NCBI RefSeq assembly: GCF_000186885.1
Contig: NC_014972.1
Span: 1,830,001 to 1,862,000 of the forward strand
Direction of reading: 5' to 3'
Source of the DNA: Desulfobulbus propionicus DSM 2032
GTDB taxonomy: Bacteria; Desulfobacterota; Desulfobulbia; Desulfobulbales; Desulfobulbaceae
DNA length: 32,000 nucleotides
Below the pieces are notes generated by a model, which had not been told where the DNA came from, made no database searches, and saw only the letters and a program-made list of their open reading frames with translations. A program made the position numbers and the translations under genes. Position 1 is the stretch's first letter; each line of letters opens with the position of its first letter. Positions 27,890 through 32,000 of this stretch are shown piece by piece.

Positions 27890-28408
27890 ATGGCCAACAC
27901 AGCTCAACCGCAGGAAGAACAGGCACGGGACCATGCCTTGGTGGTCTTTTGTCCGTCGGTCGAAAGCCTGGCCCCCCTGGCCGAGATCCTGGCCACGATG
28001 CTGCATGCGGGCGACGTCCTTCTGCTCCACGGCGAGCTGGGAGCGGGGAAAACCACCCTGACCCAATGGCTCGCCCAGGCACTGGGCGTGGACGAGTCGC
28101 AGTATGTGGCCAGCCCTTCCTTTGCCCTGATGCACGAATACCAGGGGCGGCTGCCGATCTTTCACATGGATCTGTACCGGCTCCGCGACGAGGACGATGT
28201 CGAGGCCGCCGGATTGCTTGATTGTTTCGAGCGGCAGGGGCTGTGCATCGTCGAGTGGCCGGACCGCCTCGGCACCTTGACCCCGGATGAGCGGCTTGAT
28301 ATTCTGTTGCAGCCTGCGGACTCCGGGGCCCGACGGATTACCCTGACGCCGTGGGGATTCGACTGGAATCAACGCATCCAGCGGATCGCCGCGCGCCTGG
28401 CCGCCTAA
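27890..28408 (+). CDS. tsaE: tRNA threonylcarbamoyladenosine biosynthesis ATPase TsaE
   Basis: VLLLHGELGAGKTTLTQWLAQALG...SPSFALMHEYQGRLPIFHMDLYRL...IVEWPDRLG; upstream in-frame starts also possible. Confidence 0.93.
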   Translation: MANTAQPQEEQARDHALVVFCPSVESLAPLAEILATMLHAGDVLLLHGELGAGKTTLTQWLAQALGVDESQYVASPSFALMHEYQGRLPIFHMDLYRLRDEDDVEAAGLLDCFERQGLCIVEWPDRLGTLTPDERLDILLQPADSGARRITLTPWGFDWNQRIQRIAARLAA

Positions 28409-28494
28409 CCACCCAACCCGATGCCGCGATCGGATGCGGCTACGTTGCACGCATCGGTTCCTGCTCGATTAATCACCCATTCACGCACGAGTTC

Positions 28495-30261
28495 ATGAAG
28501 AAAAGAATCATCACCCTGCAGCCCTGCAGGAAACAGTACACTTATGATCAAGACAAGGCCTGCTCTCCGGAGGAAACCGTGGCCCGGTTTCAGGAGCGGC
28601 TCAAGGCGACCAATCTCGACGTGCTCAAGGAGATCCGCCGCATTGACAACGGCCGCCTCGATATTCCGGTCTATTTCAGCATCTGCGGCGAGGATGCCCG
28701 GCGAATCATCGGCAACAAAAAGCAGATGGGCAAGGGCTCGACCCCCGAGCAGTCGCGGGCCAGCGCCTGCATGGAGCTGGGCGAGCGGTTCAGTTTTTTC
28801 AGTTTTCTCAAAGAGGAGACCAACTTCATCACCGGCGACTATGCCGCCATGGAAGCGTCCGGGTATCCGGTGCTCCCGATCGAGGTTCTGCTTGATTCGG
28901 TCCACGACACCACGCTCTCGCCCGAGATCCTGCGGGTCATGCTCGCTGATCTGCCGTTGCAGTGGACCTGGGCCCTGCGGCTGTCGGACAACCATCCGCT
29001 GCTCGTGCCTTTTTCCTGGTTCTACGCCATCAACGAGTTCAACGGCCCCTCGGCTGGCAACACCTATGAAGAGGCGGTCATCCAGGGAATCAGTGAGGTG
29101 GTCGAGCGTCATGTCTGCGCCCTGATCACCCGCGACCGCATCCCGACCCCGCAGATCGATCCGGCCTCGATTACCGATCCGGTGGCCCTGGAATTGCTGG
29201 CCAAATTCCGCAGATGCGGCATCGAGGTCTTTCTCAATGATTTCTCCCTCGACACCGGTATCCCCACCATCGGTGCCCTAGCCTGGGATCCTGCCACCTT
29301 TCCCGAGCAGAGCGAGATCGTCTACACCGCCGGCACCACTCCGGATGCCAACAAGGCCTTGATTCGCGCCCTGACCGAGGTGGCCCAACTGGCCGGCGAT
29401 TTCAACAGCGGTGCCAACTACGTGGCCAGCGGCCTGCCCAAGCCGCTCAGTTTGGACGAGGTGGGCCATGTGGTGGCCAGCGGCCTGACCACCCGCCTCG
29501 AAACGGTGGTGGATCTTAAAGACACGGACATCTTCCAGGAAGTGCGCAACTGCGTGGCCGCCCTGCAACGCAGCAACCTGGAGGTGCTGGTCATCGACAC
29601 CACCCATCCGGAATTGCGGATTCCCGCCATCTACACCATCATTCCCGGTGCTCACTTCCGTGAACGGGCCATGGGCGGCAACGCGGCCCTGTTCGCCGCC
29701 AAACTGGCCTCGGAGCTGCTCGCGGGCGACCGGCTGGACGCCAAGCTGAAGGCCATGCAGGGACTGCTGCCCGAGGCCTACTACCTCCATTTCTACCGGG
29801 GGCGTCACCTCTACGACCAGGGGCTGACCGATGGGGCCCTGGTCTGTTTCGACCAGGCCCTGCAACTGGAACCCCGCCAGGAAGACCTGCCCTATCTTTA
29901 CTCCTATAAAGGGTCCTGCCTGCGCGACCTGGGCCGCTACGACGCGGCGATTGCCGCGCTGGAACAGGGTCTTGGCTATGACGAGGAGCGGCCGGACATC
30001 TACAACACCCTCGGCGTCTGCTGCTACAAGATTGGCCGCTACGACCGGGCGGTCGACCATTTCCGGCGGGCGGTGGAGCTCAATCCGGCCTCGGCCATCG
30101 ACTACGCCAACCTGGCGCTCAATCTGGAGCATCTGGGCGAGCGCGAGCAGGCGATCTGCAACTACGAGATCGCCCTGTCCCAGGATACCTCCATCGCCTT
30201 TGCCGCCGAGCGTCTTGCCGGCCTGCTGGCGGAGGCGGCAAGCGGAGGGGAGCGCGCGTGA
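28495..30261 (+). CDS. YcaO-domain protein with C-terminal tetratricopeptide repeats
   Basis: GKGSTPEQSRASACMELGERFSFF, QGISEVVERHV, ALTEVAQLAGDF YcaO motifs; TPR-like repeats (GRYDAAIAALEQGL, GRYDRAVDHFRRAVELNP, GEREQAICNYEIAL). Confidence 0.88.
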   Translation: MKKRIITLQPCRKQYTYDQDKACSPEETVARFQERLKATNLDVLKEIRRIDNGRLDIPVYFSICGEDARRIIGNKKQMGKGSTPEQSRASACMELGERFSFFSFLKEETNFITGDYAAMEASGYPVLPIEVLLDSVHDTTLSPEILRVMLADLPLQWTWALRLSDNHPLLVPFSWFYAINEFNGPSAGNTYEEAVIQGISEVVERHVCALITRDRIPTPQIDPASITDPVALELLAKFRRCGIEVFLNDFSLDTGIPTIGALAWDPATFPEQSEIVYTAGTTPDANKALIRALTEVAQLAGDFNSGANYVASGLPKPLSLDEVGHVVASGLTTRLETVVDLKDTDIFQEVRNCVAALQRSNLEVLVIDTTHPELRIPAIYTIIPGAHFRERAMGGNAALFAAKLASELLAGDRLDAKLKAMQGLLPEAYYLHFYRGRHLYDQGLTDGALVCFDQALQLEPRQEDLPYLYSYKGSCLRDLGRYDAAIAALEQGLGYDEERPDIYNTLGVCCYKIGRYDRAVDHFRRAVELNPASAIDYANLALNLEHLGEREQAICNYEIALSQDTSIAFAAERLAGLLAEAASGGERA

Positions 30262-31319
30262 AATCCCTGCCAGCCCATCCGCACAAAATTCTGGTCCGTT
30301 CCACCAACTGGATCGGCGACGCGGTGATGACCACGCCGGCGGTGCGCACCATCCGCGAAAATTTCCCGGACAGTGAGATCACCCTGCTGGTGCACCCCTG
30401 GGTCAGCGATGTCTTCCGCTACAGCCCCCGGGTCGATCGGTTGATCATCTATGACAAAAAAGGGCGGCACAAAGGGATACGGGGCATGCTGCAGTTGGCC
30501 GGCGAGCTGCGCCAGGAGCAGTTCGACTGCGCCATCCTGCTGCAAAACGCCTTCGAGGCGGCGCTGATCACCCTGATGGCCGGCATCCCGGTGCGCGCCG
30601 GCTACACCACCGACGGCCGGGGTCTGCTGCTCACCCACGGGGTGCATAAAATCACCGAACTCAACCGCAAACACGAGATCTACTACTACCAGCGGATCAT
30701 GCAGGGCTTGGGACTGAAACCCGCCGTCAACGAGCTGGAGCTGTTCATTCCCGGCGAGCAGATCGACGCGGCCAAGGAGCGGCTCGCGCAACGGGGCGGC
30801 GAACGATTGGGTGCGGGGCCGTTGCTCGGCTTCAACCCGGGTGCCGCCTTTGGCCCGGCCAAGCGCTGGCCGGCGGAGAAGTATGCCCAACTGGCACGGA
30901 CGATCTGCGACCGGCTCGATGGATGGATCCTGCTCTTCGGCAGCGAGGCTGACCGGCAGACGGCCGCCGACATCATCGCCCGCGCCGGCAGCGCCGCTTC
31001 GCGGATGATCGATCTCACCGGCGCCACCACCCTGATCGAAGCCATGGCCCTGATCGGCGAGTGCGACGTGTTCGTCACCAACGATTCCGGCCTGATGCAT
31101 GTGGCTGCCGCCCTCCACACCCCGCTGGTGGCCATCTTCGGCTCCACCGACCACATCGCCACCGGCCCCTATGCCGACAATGCGGTGGTGATCCGCAAAC
31201 CGTTGCCCTGCAGCCCCTGCAAGAAGACCCATTGTCCGGAAAAGCATTTCCGCTGCATGAAGCTGATCGACAGCGACGAGGTCTTCGCCGCGGTCGAGGG
31301 CATTCTCAAGGAGTCCTGA
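30258..31319 (+). CDS. waaF: Lipopolysaccharide heptosyltransferase II-like
   Basis: ILVRSTNWIGDAVMTTPAVRTIRENFPDSEITLLVHPWVSDVF...GFNPGAAFGPAKRWP...VFVTNDSGLMHVAAALHTPLVAIFGSTD; GTG start overlapping upstream stop. Confidence 0.93.
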   Translation: MKSLPAHPHKILVRSTNWIGDAVMTTPAVRTIRENFPDSEITLLVHPWVSDVFRYSPRVDRLIIYDKKGRHKGIRGMLQLAGELRQEQFDCAILLQNAFEAALITLMAGIPVRAGYTTDGRGLLLTHGVHKITELNRKHEIYYYQRIMQGLGLKPAVNELELFIPGEQIDAAKERLAQRGGERLGAGPLLGFNPGAAFGPAKRWPAEKYAQLARTICDRLDGWILLFGSEADRQTAADIIARAGSAASRMIDLTGATTLIEAMALIGECDVFVTNDSGLMHVAAALHTPLVAIFGSTDHIATGPYADNAVVIRKPLPCSPCKKTHCPEKHFRCMKLIDSDEVFAAVEGILKES

Positions 31320-31942
31320 TGAGCGCCCCACCTTCCTCGCCGGGCGGTGTTTCCACTCGCCAGCCGGCGGTGTTTCTTGATCGCGACGGCACCATCAACG
31401 AGCAGATGGGCTACATCAACCACATCAGCCGTTTTCATCTCCTGCCGGGGGTGGGCCAGGCCATCCGCCGTCTCAATGAATATGGCCTGCCGGTGCTGGT
31501 GGTGACCAATCAGTCCGGGCTGGCGCGCGGCTACTTTCCCGAATCGCTGCTCGACGAGGTGCATGCGGAGATGCGCCGCCAACTCGCTTTACAGGGCGCG
31601 CACATCGACGGCCTCTACATCTGCCCCCACCATCCCGAGGCCAAGGAAGAACGGTTCCGGTTGACCTGCACTTGCCGTAAACCCCGAACGGGCTTGCTCG
31701 AACAGGCGGCGGCTGAAAGGCATCTCGATTTGCCGCGCTCCTATGTGGTCGGCGACCGCTGGTCGGATCTGCGTTGCGGGGCGGCGGTTGGGGCCACCAC
31801 CATCCTGGTGCTGACCGGCTACGGCCGCGGCGATGCCCAGTACATCGGCCCCACCCAAACGGTCCAGCCCGATTTTGTGGCCGAGGATCTGCAAACGGCG
31901 GTGCAATGGATTCTCGACCGGGAAAACAACAAGCAAGGGTGA
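31319..31942 (+). CDS. gmhB: D-glycero-beta-D-manno-heptose 1,7-bisphosphate 7-phosphatase
   Basis: AVFLDRDGTINEQMGYI, VVTNQSGLARGYF, CPHHPE, CTCRKPRTGLLEQA, VGDRWSDLRCGAAVGA HAD motifs. Confidence 0.92.
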   Translation: MSAPPSSPGGVSTRQPAVFLDRDGTINEQMGYINHISRFHLLPGVGQAIRRLNEYGLPVLVVTNQSGLARGYFPESLLDEVHAEMRRQLALQGAHIDGLYICPHHPEAKEERFRLTCTCRKPRTGLLEQAAAERHLDLPRSYVVGDRWSDLRCGAAVGATTILVLTGYGRGDAQYIGPTQTVQPDFVAEDLQTAVQWILDRENNKQG

Positions 31943-32000
31943 ACCGTCAACGCGACGACCCCCTTTTTGATACGTCCACCAACTGAGGAGGAACAGGCTA

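Noticed and set aside
1-32000. CRISPR arrays, transposons, prophage genes, rRNA/tRNA
   Set aside because: No regularly spaced repeats, transposase or phage motifs, or tRNA cloverleaf/rRNA sequence recognised by eye; a tRNAscan-SE, Infernal and CRISPR finder run would be needed for certainty.

Overview
GC-rich bacterial chromosomal window; gene content suggests a Desulfobulbaceae-like anaerobe, but this is inference only. Main feature: a dense + strand redox/hydrogen locus (about 2.0-14.6 kb) encoding a Rex repressor, a trimeric electron-bifurcating-type [FeFe] hydrogenase (HydC-HydB-HydA-like, start/stop overlaps), a hairpin-rich intergenic region, an aspartase-like protein, HydF, HydE with an extra C-terminal thioredoxin-like [2Fe-2S] domain, a degenerate-active-site sensory [FeFe] hydrogenase with PAS domain, and a SpoIIE/PP2C-type phosphatase. 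No HydG is visible. Left edge: three tandem Hsp20 genes (-), divergent from a protein that looks like a tandem ribbon-helix-helix regulator. Right part: M15/DUF882 peptidase, HrpA helicase, GalU, PriA, a ZraP-like protein (with a candidate sigma-54 promoter) divergent from a ZraS-like sensor kinase, AlgH/YqgE, YkgJ-type protein, RlmH, TsaE, a YcaO-TPR protein, heptosyltransferase and GmhB. No CRISPR array, rRNA, tRNA or mobile element was recognised. The best candidate for an under-described system is the combination of catalytic hydrogenase, HydE-2Fe2S fusion, sensory hydrogenase and phosphatase in one transcription direction.
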